A model generated the notes under the pieces. It was not told where the DNA came from. It did not search any database and saw nothing but the letters and a program-made list of their open reading frames with translations. A DNA stretch of 64,000 bases from Gekko japonicus (taxonomy: Eukaryota), in assembly GCF_001447785.1 (NCBI RefSeq), contig NW_015174315.1:82970-146969 (forward strand), written 5' to 3'. Below are positions 1-12,099 of the stretch, in pieces. Position numbers and translations under genes: made by a program. The first letter of the stretch is position 1, and each line of letters opens with the position of its first letter.

Positions 1-1
1 T

Positions 2-625
2 GGCTACGACAGTCCCCCAGTGCCCTTTTTGGAGGGGCCAAGTGACTTGGGGTCGGTGGATGCCGCTCACTGGTGCCAGCGTTTGAAAGACTCGTGGCCA
101 CTCCTTTGTAAGACATTGAATGCGGCTAAGGAGGCTTACAAGACTCAGGCTGACAAGAGAAGGGTGGAGGGTTGGGCTCTGCAGCCTGGGGATTCGGTGT
201 ATGTATCAACTAAAAACATTAACGTCTTGCGTCCTTGTCGGAAACTGGGTTGGAAATACCTTGGCCCCTTTAAGGTGAAAAGAGTGATTAATGATGTGGC
301 AGTGGATCTCGATCTTCCTAAGAATTTGAGGAATTTGCATTCTGTGTTTCATTTCAGCCTCCTGAAACAGGATTCTGGGTCGAGCCCCTGGCGACCATCA
401 CATCTTGTACCACCTCCTATTATGCTGGAGGGAGAGGAACATTATGAAATCTCCAAGATATTGGACTCTAAAGTGAAACGTGATCGGTTGTGTTATCTGG
501 TGGAAAGGCTTGATTTCGGACCCCAGAACCTCGAATGGGTGGAAGTAGGGGATATTCGGGCCCCTAAGCTGTTGCGGAAATTCCACAGGGAGTTCCTGGA
601 CAAACCAGGACCTCTCCCGGACTAA
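2..625 (+). CDS. Gypsy Pol C-terminal fragment (integrase GPF domain + chromodomain), 5'-truncated by window
   Basis: ORF track 20..625 extends upstream without a stop to position 2; the start codon given in the track is not real. Confidence 0.8.
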   Translation, partial: GYDSPPVPFLEGPSDLGSVDAAHWCQRLKDSWPLLCKTLNAAKEAYKTQADKRRVEGWALQPGDSVYVSTKNINVLRPCRKLGWKYLGPFKVKRVINDVAVDLDLPKNLRNLHSVFHFSLLKQDSGSSPWRPSHLVPPPIMLEGEEHYEISKILDSKVKRDRLCYLVERLDFGPQNLEWVEVGDIRAPKLLRKFHREFLDKPGPLPD

Positions 626-677
626 CCGGGAGATCTCCCGGGCTGGGCGGGAGAAACTGAGTTTCGAGGGGGCAGAA

Positions 678-1016
678 TGTCAGCTATGCTGCCATGATGG
701 GGGGGATTACTTCTCTTGCTTGCTTATCAATGACCTTGCAGGTTGCTGGTGTAGTGTCTGGGATGCCTGGAACCGTGGGAGCGCTTTTGGTTCCCAGCTT
801 CGGCCTCTAACGGCCTGGGGGACCCTTCTCCCGCATGTGGGAGCCTGGCTAATTGGCTTATGGAAAGGGGGGTGCATGCAAATACCCTATATCCCATTAT
901 GCTTGTAGAACCGCTGCCATTCTTAACAGAGACTATGTTAATGCCTCTATAGCTCTGCAATAAAGTATAACCTTTCTGATAAGCGTGTATGCCATTGTTG
1001 GCTGTGGAACTTGACA
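678..1016 (+). repeat. 3' LTR of Gypsy element (339 bp)
   Basis: Starts TGTCA directly after PPT GAGGGGGCAGAA; ends TGACA; contains AATAAA. Confidence 0.8.
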
Positions 1017-2256
1017 TTAATGTGCTGCGAGGGCTCTGCTGCCACTGCAGCACTCAGGAGTCAAAGGATGAGGAGGCGCCCAGGCTGCTGAGCCCAAGCC
1101 CCACCAGAGGCTAGGACCTAGTGGCATTTTTAAAAAATGCTTTCTGGCATGGCTTTTTGTGGGGGCATGGCTTTTAATTAAGGGGCGCGGCCCCGAAATG
1201 CCCCACCATAGCTACAGGCCCAGGTCACCTGCTCATTTATGCAGGGATAAAGTGTACAAACATGATCCATGGGCACAAGCATGGAGGGGCAGAAATTGAA
1301 TCAAAGGCATACCCACTTGCCCTTGAATTAGTTTCAGAAATTGACACTTCTACAGGCAAGGAAGAATTTATAAAAAAACTTGATGTGGTATTTCCTCAGA
1401 TATATACTGCAATCTATTTTATACACTAAGATATAAATAAAACATTTTATCTCGTTAAATTATTTTAGTTATTTTTAAAAAACACAGTTGATTTCCATAT
1501 GGCATTCTCAGCCTGATATCAGGAATTATCCCTAGGCTATTCCTGTTACCAGACATTAAATAACCAGCTTTAGAAAAACTTCTGCAACTGGTGCTCCACT
1601 GTACTGAAAAGCAGGATAAAAATTTGCAAAATAAAGCAAGTGGCATAACAAGAAAGGCAGCTTTATGTTTTGATTTGAGGAAAACTTAATGTGCTCTCTT
1701 GGGTTCTGCTCTCAGACCCAAGTGATCGTGGGCAAGTCACAACTTGCATGCCAGGTTTCCTCTATTGCAAGCATGGATCACTGCTTTTCAAAACAGAGAA
1801 CAAGCTTCAGTCAAATGAAAGAAGAATTCCTGGGGCTTATCCATGAATTTCTGTCCTTGATTGGAATGTCATCTAGCTTGAGGAAGAGGGCTCTCCTCGG
1901 CTGGGCCAATAGAACAGCCTTAAACTAGAAAAGGCAGTGATCCCCTCACAGCCAACACTGGAACGTAGTGTGTTCTTATTTATTTATTTATTGATTGATT
2001 GATTTATACCCCCGCCCTCCCAATGGCTCAGGGCGGCTTACATATGGCAAAACCAGAGTAAAATACAATAAAACACACAATAAATTACATATTTAAAACA
2101 CAATAAAACCATCTTATCACACGGTGCTGAGCCTATATTTAATCTTCCAAGATGGGAACAACCACCCAAATTTGATGGCCAGCTCTCTCGGCAACGCGGT
2201 CTCCTGCTACGCTGTTCTACCAGGCCGGGCCAGTCCCCCTTTAACAGGGCTGCTGA

Positions 2257-3021
2257 TGTCACACTACCTCTTAATGGATAGCTGTAGGGAAGAGATAAAT
2301 TTAAGCCATACGAGAAGAAGGGATGGAAAGCAGTGTACGTGGCAACTCCTCTGTTGTGGGTCACCTAGGGCTCAGTAAGAGCACGGACTCCTCAGAAGAA
2401 CAGGAGCCCTGTAGCCAGCTCTGAGTCAGCAGAAGCTGACAAGCAGGAAGGTGAGCTGCAGGCTTGTCAGGATTCACAGCCAACGGCTGGTGCAGAACCA
2501 GCGACATCATCCAGCCCTGATGCAACAGGTGAAATTCAGTTGAGTGTTTCCAGCTCTCCAGTATCACCCACACCCTTAGAGCACCACAGACAAAGAAGAA
2601 ACAACAAAATGCATGCCTCCTGGCCCAATGCCAGCTGCTTGAGTCACTACTCCCAAGCAGCTGGTTGCAAGCATGACTCTTAAGCATATGGCTATGAAAA
2701 CCAGCCAAGGGAGGCTGTTAAGCGTGGAAGCAACAACTTGGAATTCTTCTGAGTCCACTGTACTGGTGCCTACCTCTACTTTGGTAGACTCTACTGACTC
2801 TTTGGATTGTGTCCTGACTCTGCCTTTAGCTTGCTCCTGAATCTGCTCATGAGTAACCCTTGGATTCTCAGAACTTGCTGTATGGACTGACTCTTGGACT
2901 ACACTTCTGACTCTGTGCTTAACCTTGGACTGGACCTTGACTACGGTTCTTGAGTTGGTGCTCTTGTCTTATGCACTCTGTGCTCTGACAGTGCCCCCTA
3001 TACTGTTCCCGGCCTGTGACA
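2257..3021. mobile_element. Probable solo LTR (Gypsy-like)
   Basis: Terminal inverted 7-mers TGTCACA...TGTGACA and internal degenerate GACTCTTGGA-type repeats; no TSD seen. Confidence 0.5.
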
Positions 3022-3168
3022 TCCTCTTGTTGTCCTGACCTCCAGAGAGATGCGCAAGTTAGTGCAGATAGATCTTTTGTGGCAGCACTCTGTGCTCTGA
3101 CAGTGCCCCCCTATACTGTTCCCGGCCTGAGAGATGCACAAGTTAGTGCAGATAGATCTTTTGTGGCA
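2973..3168 (+). repeat. Imperfect tandem duplication (3085-3168 copies 2973-3084 minus ~28 nt)
   Basis: GCACTCTGTGCTCTGACAGTGCCCCC..CCCGGCCTG and AGAGATG..TTTTGTGGCA each occur twice. Confidence 0.85.
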
Positions 3169-3278
3169 TCTTCTAGACCTGCCCGCCCCCCCATTGTAAG
3201 AACACTTGCCATTTGCAGGAGCAGTGAGTTCCTTGGCTCATCTAACTGCTGGGCCTTTGTGGCAATCTTCCTAATTCT

Positions 3279-3553
3279 GTTTGGTGTAGTGGTTAAGTGC
3301 GCGGACTCTAATCTGGGAGAACCGGGTTTGATTCCCCACTCCTCCACTTGCACCTGGCTGGATGACCTTGGGCAAGCCGTAGTTCTGATAAGAGCCGTCC
3401 CTGAAAAAGAGCAGTGTCTGTCAAAGCTCTCTCAGCCCCACCTACGTCACAGGGTGTCTGTTGTGGGAAAGGGAAGGGAAAGGAGTTTGTAAGCCGCTCT
3501 GAGACACCTTTGGGTAGTGAAGGGTGGGGTATAAATCCAATCTCTTCTTCTTC
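3279..3553 (+). mobile_element. tRNA-derived SINE (Squam3-like)
   Basis: A box TGGTGTAGTGG, B-box-like GGTTTGATTCC, (CTT)n tail; near-identical copies at 16305-16593 and 36291-36551. Confidence 0.8.
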
Positions 3554-5287
3554 ATCTACTTTATTTATACCCTGCCTTTCTCCCAAGCGAAGACCCAAAG
3601 CAGCTTCCATCCTTCTCCCCTCCTCCATTTTAATGTCACAACAACTCTGCACAGTAGATTAGGTTCAGAGCGTGTGATTGGCCCAAGGCCACCCAGCAAG
3701 GCTCCGCGGAAGAAGGGATTCAAAGCTCCCAGGGTCCCCCAGGTCCTAGTACAGAACTCTAATCACTACACCACACTGCAATCTGAACTGCACTTCCGGA
3801 GGGAAGACTTCAACTGAAATAGTTCCCACATCTTTTGGCTTTGTGGGGAGCTGTTTGCCTTCCTGCATATAGACCAAAACTGTAGCATAAGGAAATGGGT
3901 AGCATAAGATGAAGCCTATGTGACAGGCTGTTTCTGTCAACTGAGGGGACCCACACAGCCTCCTATGATTTTGGGGGGACCAGGTTTATTTTAAACTATA
4001 AACCTTCCCCTCAGTTACCAGGTGTTCTAAAGGTGGCGAGTGTCTAGGCTTTGCACTTGCTGCTGTGAGGTAAGTTTTGTGGTGCACAAGTGGAATATGG
4101 TGGTCACTGAGGCAGGTATTCTATATTAACAACAAAGAAGATTTATTTATTATTTGCAAGTAGGTTTCCAGGAACAGGTCAGCAACACGGGTCTCCAGGT
4201 AGTCAAAAGAGAAACCTGGCTGAGGCTCATTCATTTACAGAGTAGTTTCAATTTCCTTTAATACTTCCGAACATAAACAGGCTTTCACCAAATAGCCACT
4301 GGGTTGGATCCCCCCCCCCACACGATTCCACTCGCACCGGCCTGCCCTCTCCCAAGAGTCAGGTCTGCTCACTGCCAGAGACAACAGGCCTAACAACTGG
4401 GTACACTATTCTCTGTCAGAAGTAGAGCCAAACCACTCTGCCGAACTACCAAGCAGAGCTACCCCTTCACTCTTCTCCCGAGCCAGACCTGAGCTCTCAC
4501 TGCTCCCTCCCTGAGGCAGAACTGAACTCAACTCCTGCTGTGTTTCCCTCCAACATTCCTCCCCGCTTCTCAAAGGTGACTGGATGCTGGAGCAGCACTC
4601 CCATAGACTCAAGTGAGTGGCTATTTTTCCCTTCCCATTGCAGCCTATTCTGCAGCTGGCCAGGTGAGGGGGCTGGAATTCTCAGCAGCTCACACTAGCC
4701 ACGGGACTGCTCCAGTAGGAAGAGATGGTGTAACTCAACAAGCACAATGGAAGGTGTTTATACAGCAACAGCCTGGGTGTATACCTTACAGTTCTTCCTG
4801 CTACAGGGAGAGTCAGAAGCTGCTCAGGAAAGCTCAGAGCTCCAGTACTGAGCAAAAAGATGTGGAAGAAGGTTGCTAAATGTCCTAAGCTCTGACTCCA
4901 CTCTTCACACTTTCCTTCTATCTCAGGAGCCCACCTGCTTCTACAAAGGCAGGAGAATTTCTGGGGCTGAGAGGAGAAGCCTCTCCCCTTCTGGAAGAGG
5001 AGCATAAACCCCAAGCTAGATGCCCTCCTGTTGTGATTGACAACATAATCTACAGCTTCTGTTTATGCAAGAAATCTGTACAGTGCTTTAGATATACACC
5101 CTTGCTTATCACTTCCAAGTTCATTTAGGACAATGCATATTCGCAGTGACTGAGAACTCCACCCAAATTTACATAGATGGAAAAAAGAGATAATGATCCT
5201 ATTGTTTGCCATTAATATTTGACTTGAGGTAAGCAAAATCGCCAAGAGTCAGACATGACTGCATGGCTAACAACAACAGTAAAGATG

Positions 5288-5634
5288 AAGGTAAAGGTTT
5301 CCCTTGCTCGAAAGCTAGTTGAATCCGACTCTAGGGGTCGGTGCTCATCTCCATTTCCAAGCTGAAGAGCCAGCGCTGTCTGAAGACGTTTCTGTGGTCA
5401 TGTGGCCGGCATGACTAAATGCCAAGGTGCACGAAACGCTGTTACCTTCCCACTGAAGCAGTACCTATTTATCTATTATCTATTTATCTACTTGCAATTT
5501 CTTGCTTTCGAACTGCTAGGTTGGCAGGAGCTGGGACACGCGGCACTAGGGTCATGCGGCACTAGGGTCTCAAACTGCTGAACTACAAACCTTCTGGTCT
5601 GCAGCTCAGCATCTTAACCTCTGAGCCACTGTGG
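5288..5634 (-). mobile_element. Sauria SINE
   Basis: AAGGTAAAGGT (reverse of ACCTTT tail) plus diagnostic core GTGGTCATGTGGCCGGCATGACTA...TTCGAACTGCTAGGTTGGCAG. Confidence 0.85.
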
Positions 5635-5792
5635 TGGCTAAAAGCAAGACCACAGCCTCTAGTTAACTGGGGGCTCTGCTTAGTCCTCATGTCAGTCTCC
5701 AGTTAATCCCTGCAATAGACAAAGGAAACCAGACTGAAGCAATTACTCTTTATCAAAGATAACTGATTACATAAACAAGCCTGTAGACACAC

Positions 5793-6130
5793 AAAGGTTC
5801 CCTTGCTCGAAAGCCAGTCGAGTCCGACTCTAGGGTTGCGGTGCTCATCTCTGTTTCAAAGCCGAAGAGCCAGCGCTGTCCGAAGACGTTTCCGTGGTCA
5901 TGTGGCTGGCATGACTAAACACCAAGGCGCACGGCACGCTGTTACCTTCCCACCAAAGTGGTACCTATTTATCTACTTGCAATTACTTGCTTTCGAACTG
6001 CTAGGTTGGCAGGAGCTGGAACTAGAGACGGGAGCTCACTCCGTCATGCGGCACTTGGGTCTCGAACTGCTGAACTACTGACCTTCCACAGCCTGCAGCT
6101 CAGCGTCTTAACCACTTGAGCCACCGCAGC
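5793..6130 (-). mobile_element. Sauria SINE
   Basis: Same diagnostic core; ends ~50 nt from the GDPD1 exon 2 donor. Confidence 0.85.
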
Positions 6131-6183
6131 TCCTCAGTCAAACACAATTTGGTCAAGAGTCAATCTCTATATTTTATACTCAC

Positions 6184-6226
6184 TGGCGAAAAGCTCCCAT
6201 GGTATTTTCCAGATTCTCTCCAGCAC
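6184..6226 (-). CDS. GDPD1: GDPD1 coding exon 2 (43 nt; (G)AGENLENTMGAFR(H))
   Basis: cccacag|GTGCTGGAGAGAATCTGGAAAATACCATGGGAGCTTTTCGCCA|gtgagt; completes the HRGG-AGENLENT GDPD motif; phase matches exon 1. Confidence 0.93.
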
Positions 6227-9200
6227 CTGTGGGAGTATGCAAAAGACAATTTAAAGTGATGTTAACTGGTGATCACTTTCTTTAAGCAGTTGATGAACAA
6301 AGCTAGTGTTTAAAGAGCTTCATGGGGAGTAACTGAATTCTGGAGATGTGAATTGCAAAAGTTACCCATCAGTGACTCTCAGTGTATATTTATTTACAGG
6401 AAGTTTCATGAATTCTGTGCTCTTCTTTCCCCATTGTGAGAAGAATACTTACACAGGAATAACTTAGCTATACCTTGGGTTGTAGGACAAAGGTAAAATA
6501 GCATACCTGCCTTCATCGCAGAAAGCTTCTTCCACACACTTATAAAAGTCACATGCCACAATCACAACTGGCCAGATATGTAAATACTGCTTGCAATACC
6601 ACCTAGCTTCATTACTATACTGCACTGTACTATCCTGAACAACTAGTCGGCTTCAACAAAAAGAACATTTTAATCTTCCAAGTCATTCTGTTGCTGACCT
6701 AAGAGGGGCTGTCCTCAAACAAAGAAATTTCAGGGGAAATCACAACACAAGATTGCTGAACTTGAGTCAATTCACAAGTTCGGAACAATGGACTCCCCCA
6801 AGGCTGAACAGGGACACAGGATTCTTATCTCACTACAGAGACTAATTTTCTGCCCCCAAGCATGTCCCCTCTGCTCCAACCAAGCTAATTACAGTGTGCA
6901 TTGTACTTCTGCATCCTTTACAACACCCCTCCTACCTTAAATGAACTCAGAGATCTCCTTTTCTATTCATGTCTGACAAAGGGATCGAAAGCATATACCC
7001 TGAAACTCTTGTTGGTCTCTAAGGTGCTACCGGACCAATATGGCTACCCTCTGCAACTTTCAATAAGAAGGTTTTCTTTTCTTAATTAATCCTTATAATT
7101 CCCTGCACACCCTGTGCCAAGTCAGAGTCACGGGTGTCACAAATCTTTGCCAGTTACCAGTCACTGCAGTAAGACATACAACCAAAAAGGGGGGGGGAGA
7201 GAGCAAAATAAGCCCCGTGCAAAGCTGTTCTGCAAGGTGGATCAATGCCAGCTTATAGCCACTTGATATGCAGTCTAGGCGGTAGCCAAAGGAGAGTCAC
7301 AGTATTATTTACTTTCATGTCTCAGACATACAATGCTTCTGTTAAATGTATGTAATTCTGCAGATTCAAAAGTTATCCTAGACCGCAAATTTACTGTGAC
7401 TAACTTTCTGCAACTGAGGCAGGCCTTCATCCTTTTCCCTCGTCTTATCAACAACAAAATCTACAGCAGCTGGAGATCTCTGGACACAGGGAACTTATCA
7501 AAACTATTCCATGTATACCCACCAGGAATCTGGTACATTCCTGAAAACCTAATATAAGGAATTTTTTCCCCCTCAGAAGCCCCCAAACCTTGTTATGTGT
7601 GAAATACTGGTAAACACTTGTGGGAATCAGACAAGAGTCCAGTGTGCTGTCTTTAGGAAAGAGGGCTGTGGGAACCAAGTGCTCTAAAAGGCCAAAATAA
7701 GACAAGCACAGAAATGGGACACATGGAAATCTCTAGCTACAAGCAGCCGGGGAAAAACTGGTAGCATTTACTTTGGGGTGCCAGCCTCTGGGTGGGACCT
7801 GGGAATCCCCTGAAATTACAGCTCATCTCCAGACTACAGAGAAAAGTTCCCCTGGAGAAAATGGCTGCTTTGGAGGGTGGACTGTATGTCATTGAACCCC
7901 TGACATCCTTGTCCTCCCTAGGCTCTGGATCTGGTAACCCTACCCCCCCATCCCCCACTGGTAGTCAGGGGTGACCTGGCAACTTGTATTCTAAGAGTCT
8001 GCAACAAAACATGAAATGTGTTAATGCAAACGGGAGTGTTGATGTAAAGAGTTATAAGGTCGGCTCCTATCCTACAAGTTTGTTGCCTCCCATATAAATG
8101 AAAGGCATCCGCTCGCTCTGATGGCACTGTACCTAGAAAGAGTATTGCAGTGAAGGGGGGAAAATCCTTACTCTCCACTCTGAGGTGGTATTAAGAAGGG
8201 GGGCACAGAAAAAGCATCGATGTAGCATACTCCCCCCCCCCATTCAAACTGTCTCCTACTCACACCATACCAAAGAGCCATAGTGACAGAGAAGGAAAAA
8301 AGGATACACAGAGGGTATTTTCCTGAATCAATACGAGGTGCAATAGTAATCCAGGCAGTTTATTACAGAAAATAAAGATAAGAACAGAGCACAAAGGATC
8401 AGATGTGGCACAGTAAAAAAAGAAAGAAAAGAAAAGCTACCTATGAACTAGGAGGATTACATCCCTCCTGTCCTGTTTCCGCTCCCTGGAAAAAATTGGA
8501 AATTTGGAGTAAGTTGTTGTAAACCTACTCTCTTACCAACCTTAAACTTATTTTACTATTTTAACCACATAAGATGTATCAGTTATAACCTGGCTGGCAT
8601 ATAAAATTGTAATACTTGGCATATTTATTAAATTTAATTTTCTACAAGGGAAATTGGAAGTATACCCCAGCTATATACAGCTAGACAACCGCAAACTATG
8701 GCACCCTTTATTGCATTAATTTTTGCCACCTGAGAAGTACTAAAATAAGAGCTGAAATCAGGAAACATCAATTTTGTAGTGAACAAACATATACATATAA
8801 TTTGGACAGAGGCTGTCTCAGTCATAATAGGGAGACTACCAGCATATTTGGATACCGAGTTAGATTTTGTAATGCTGGAAACCCTGAACTCTTCAATACT
8901 GTTTATCTTCATATACAATTACAGCATATCCATTGTGGACAAATAAGTCCCATTTAAATAATAAGCATGACCTTAAATATATTTGTGTCGAGAATACATG
9001 TAGGAATCACTCCCTAATATTGTAGATTTTTAATGTACAACAATCTTTATGCTCTGAAAACCTTCAAATTTGAGTTTACTATGCCTAGTGTTTCCCATGC
9101 TTACACAGGAAAACAAGAAGGTTGGTACCATGCAACTCAAAGCTGAAGAAATTAAATAGACTGGCTAAATCTTTACAACAGTAAGCTTAAGCTTCAGTGT

Positions 9201-9514
9201 GACACAACTTTAGTACTTTTCGAATCCCCATAGATATTTCTCCCTTTGCAAGCTGGCAGAGAAAACTTTTCACTTTCATAAGCACTTGGGGTCCTGTAGA
9301 AGGCTACTCCTGACATTAAAAATGGCTTGCCTTGACAGGCCTAAAAGAGATGACACCACTGGTCATCAGCTGGCACTCCCAGCTCAAACCAGTCCAACAC
9401 ACCATCCTGGATAATAGTATTTTTCTTTTCACAGGCCTTTGGTGGTAGGCCTTTCTTTGCTTACCGACAGATCCTAACCTAAAACAGCTCCTTGTCAACA
9501 ATGGTGGGCCACCT

Positions 9515-9622
9515 AACAGAGACACAAACCCAGGGACCAAAACAACAAATCTGCTCCCATACTACTACAGGGCCCTGTGACATCAGATTTGTTGTTTTGG
9601 TCCCTGGGTTTGTGTCTCTGTT
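9515..9622. repeat. Perfect 39-bp inverted repeat with 30-nt loop
   Basis: AACAGAGACACAAACCCAGGGACCAAAACAACAAATCTG (9515-9553) and its exact reverse complement (9584-9622). Confidence 0.95.
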
Positions 9623-10589
9623 GGGCTTGGACTCACCCACTTGCCTGTCCTCCAATGCAATACCATGAGTCAACAACATCCTGCTCTCTACACAGGGCAA
9701 ACAGGTCAGTTTCGATGCAAAAATAAATAGATGCAAATCTGACATTCAAAATTACAACACTCAGGATACATCATCAGAATTCAATCTCATAACACTACTT
9801 CTCACCTCAAAGTCACAATCCTTCTGCAAATTCAATTTCAAACAGAAGGTCCAGCACATGGAAGACTGAACCAAGATAAATAAGCAGCCTGTTTCTGTCT
9901 CTCTCATTCCTTCTAAGCCTGGCCACTTTGTTGGTCAGGAAGGATCATAAAGGAAACAATCCAGATATGAAGTAATATAAAATGATGGCAAACTCTTGAA
10001 AGTGCTGTGTGGGCACAAGCCTTACTCAAGCCCACAGAACCTGTCCAACACATACATAAGTGCTTTGAGGTATAGTCTAATACAAGAAGGTTTATTTTGT
10101 TTCTAAACACTGCACCCTAAAAATTAAGACACCACTTTAAATCAATTGGCAAATAATTGTGTGTAGGATGCTGGGAGCTCAGTCACTACCACTGCCCTTT
10201 TGAAGCAAATACATGAGAGTAAAACTGTTATCTGCTCCACTAGGGCAAGCTTACGGGTACACTTAGCAGTGCTGCGTGTTTTCCAGAGAGGAAAACAGTA
10301 TTTCCACAGGGCCATTTCAGCTCAGGAAAAAGGAGGAAGGTTGAACCCACTCTCCCTTCAGGCATCCATGTGCCTGCTTCTAAAGAAAAAAGCCAGGGGC
10401 TCCATTCACAAAACTCCCAGTATCATACCTTGTTTGACCCTCTTAAGATATCAGTTGCATGCAATAATGCCTTACAGTTAAGAACTGACCAAAGGAGAAA
10501 GGGGGAAATGTCTTGACATTGTAGTGGAGAGCTTGATGAAAATGTCTACTCAGGATGGGATTGTGCTGAAAAAGAAAAACTTCATGCTG

Positions 10590-11460
10590 GGGAAGGAGAT
10601 TGAAAATAAAATGACTAATATTGTAATGCCCTTGTATAAATAAATATACAGAAATCTCACTTGAAGTACTGGGTACATACTTGTGCCATATTATTTAATT
10701 GGGTTTCTATCCTGCCTTCCCCTGAGCAGCAGGGCTCAGGGAAGGTTACAGCAGACAATTATAAAACAGTTAAAAATTAAAACATAATTCCACAACGTTA
10801 GAACCTATTCGACAGATGACACAACTCACAAGATGGCGATCAGGTACAGTTAACAAGGGCTCCCAAAATACTACATATCTCAAAAGAATCATTGTACATC
10901 TGGAAAACACATACAAAATGGCAACGAAGATGCTTAAGGAATCAGAACATCTTTCCTATGATCAAGCATCAAAGAGTATGGTTTTTTTCATTTAGAGAAG
11001 TGACAGTTAAGGGGGGAATATGAAATGAATTTATAAAATTATGTACAGGCAGAGCAAGTGGATATAGGAAACACTCCCCCCCACATAAGATTAGATCTTG
11101 GAGGGCACCCAATGAAATTGATGGACAAAAGATTTGAGATGAACAAAAGGAGATACTTCAAGGGCAGTACTGTCTGCTCAAACTGGCAGCTGCTCTCCAG
11201 GATCTCAGCTAGATCTTTTTAGTTGGTGATGCCAAAGATTGAATCTGGGGCCTTCTGTGTGTGAAGCTGATGCACTCCCATGGCCCCCACAGAACTGGTG
11301 ATGGCCAGTGGCACATATGCCTTTAAAAAAAGAATTAAGACAGATTCATGGAGAATGGAGCCATCAGTGGCTACAAGCCAAGAGGACTAAAGGGAATCTC
11401 CACATCCAGAGGCACTAACCCTCTGAATATCAGTCAATGTCAGGGAAAACCTTGGCTTCT
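10590..11460 (+). mobile_element. Degraded CR1 LINE 3' fragment with younger inserts
   Basis: Remnants resemble the CR1 copy at 12100-13068 (ATTGAAAATAAA..TAATGCCCTTGTATAAAT, GGGCACCCAATGAAATTGATG, CCATCAGTGGCTA). Confidence 0.55.
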
Positions 11461-11471
11461 ATTCTCTAGTT

Positions 11472-11872
11472 CAGGGTTCCTCAACATGGTGCCCAACAGT
11501 TTTTTCAGAAGGTGGGCAGGGCCATTGTAAGGCAAGGCTTGTTACTGGCTGCCCTAATACAAATGAAAAGGTTTTCCACGGCAGCAGTAGCAGCAGCTGA
11601 AGGATCAGGAGGACTGCTAAGCACCTAGAATTGTACAGCCATTTCCCCTTCAAGGTTTCTTTTTATTTCCCTTTTCCCTTATTTTCCTGCTCTTCTCCTC
11701 CAAGCTTTGCTTCATTTTCTTTTTTTCCTCTTGAGTGATTCTTTTGCAAAATGAGGAGGGGAGGTATTGTGTTTGGCTCTGTCTCTTGTGGAAGCCATTT
11801 TGGGGTGGCGCTTACCACCCCCTCTCAAAACTCCAAAGGTTTCCACAGGCTCAAAAAGGTTGGGAACTCCTG
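11472..11872. mobile_element. hAT-type MITE
   Basis: CAGGG..CAAC / GTTGGGAACTCCTG termini; 8-bp TSD CTCTAGTT/CTCTATTT; related to 36628-37078 and 62575-62896. Confidence 0.7.
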
Positions 11873-12099
11873 CTCTATTTCTTGGCCGTCCAAGGCAACT
11901 GGCTGTCTGCTGTGTGAAACAGAATGATGGTCCGGATGGGCTCTTATTACATTCTTATCAAGGCAAACCATTAGTTTTTGGCAAACAGATCATCAGTGCC
12001 AGCACCCCGGCAGCAAGGAAGGTGGACCATAAAGTAAATAAATAAACATTGTTGGTAGCTGTGGATGCTCAATGTCCTCTGCACAACTGCTCCCCAAAA

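Larger units (their letters stand above)
1..1016 (+). mobile_element. 3' end of Ty3/Gypsy chromovirus LTR retrotransposon (integrase C-terminus, chromodomain, PPT, 3' LTR)
   Basis: Frame open from window edge to TAA at 625; GPF/GPY motif (KYLGPFKV) and chromodomain (YEISKILDS...YLV...W...APKLLRKFH); purine tract 666-677; LTR 678-1016 bounded by TGTCA...TGACA with AATAAA at 959-964. Confidence 0.9.

Noticed and set aside
2973-3168. CRISPR-like repeat-spacer pattern
   Set aside because: Only two units, eukaryotic context, no cas genes; a simple duplication.
3919-5046. Possible additional solo LTR
   Set aside because: LTR-like composition, but matching termini and TSD could not be identified.
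1017-6183. GDPD1 exon 3 (TDMLELD motif)
   Set aside because: Not found; presumably left of the window.
8340-8940. Possible L1/Tx1 3' end on the minus strand
   Set aside because: Too degraded to support by eye.
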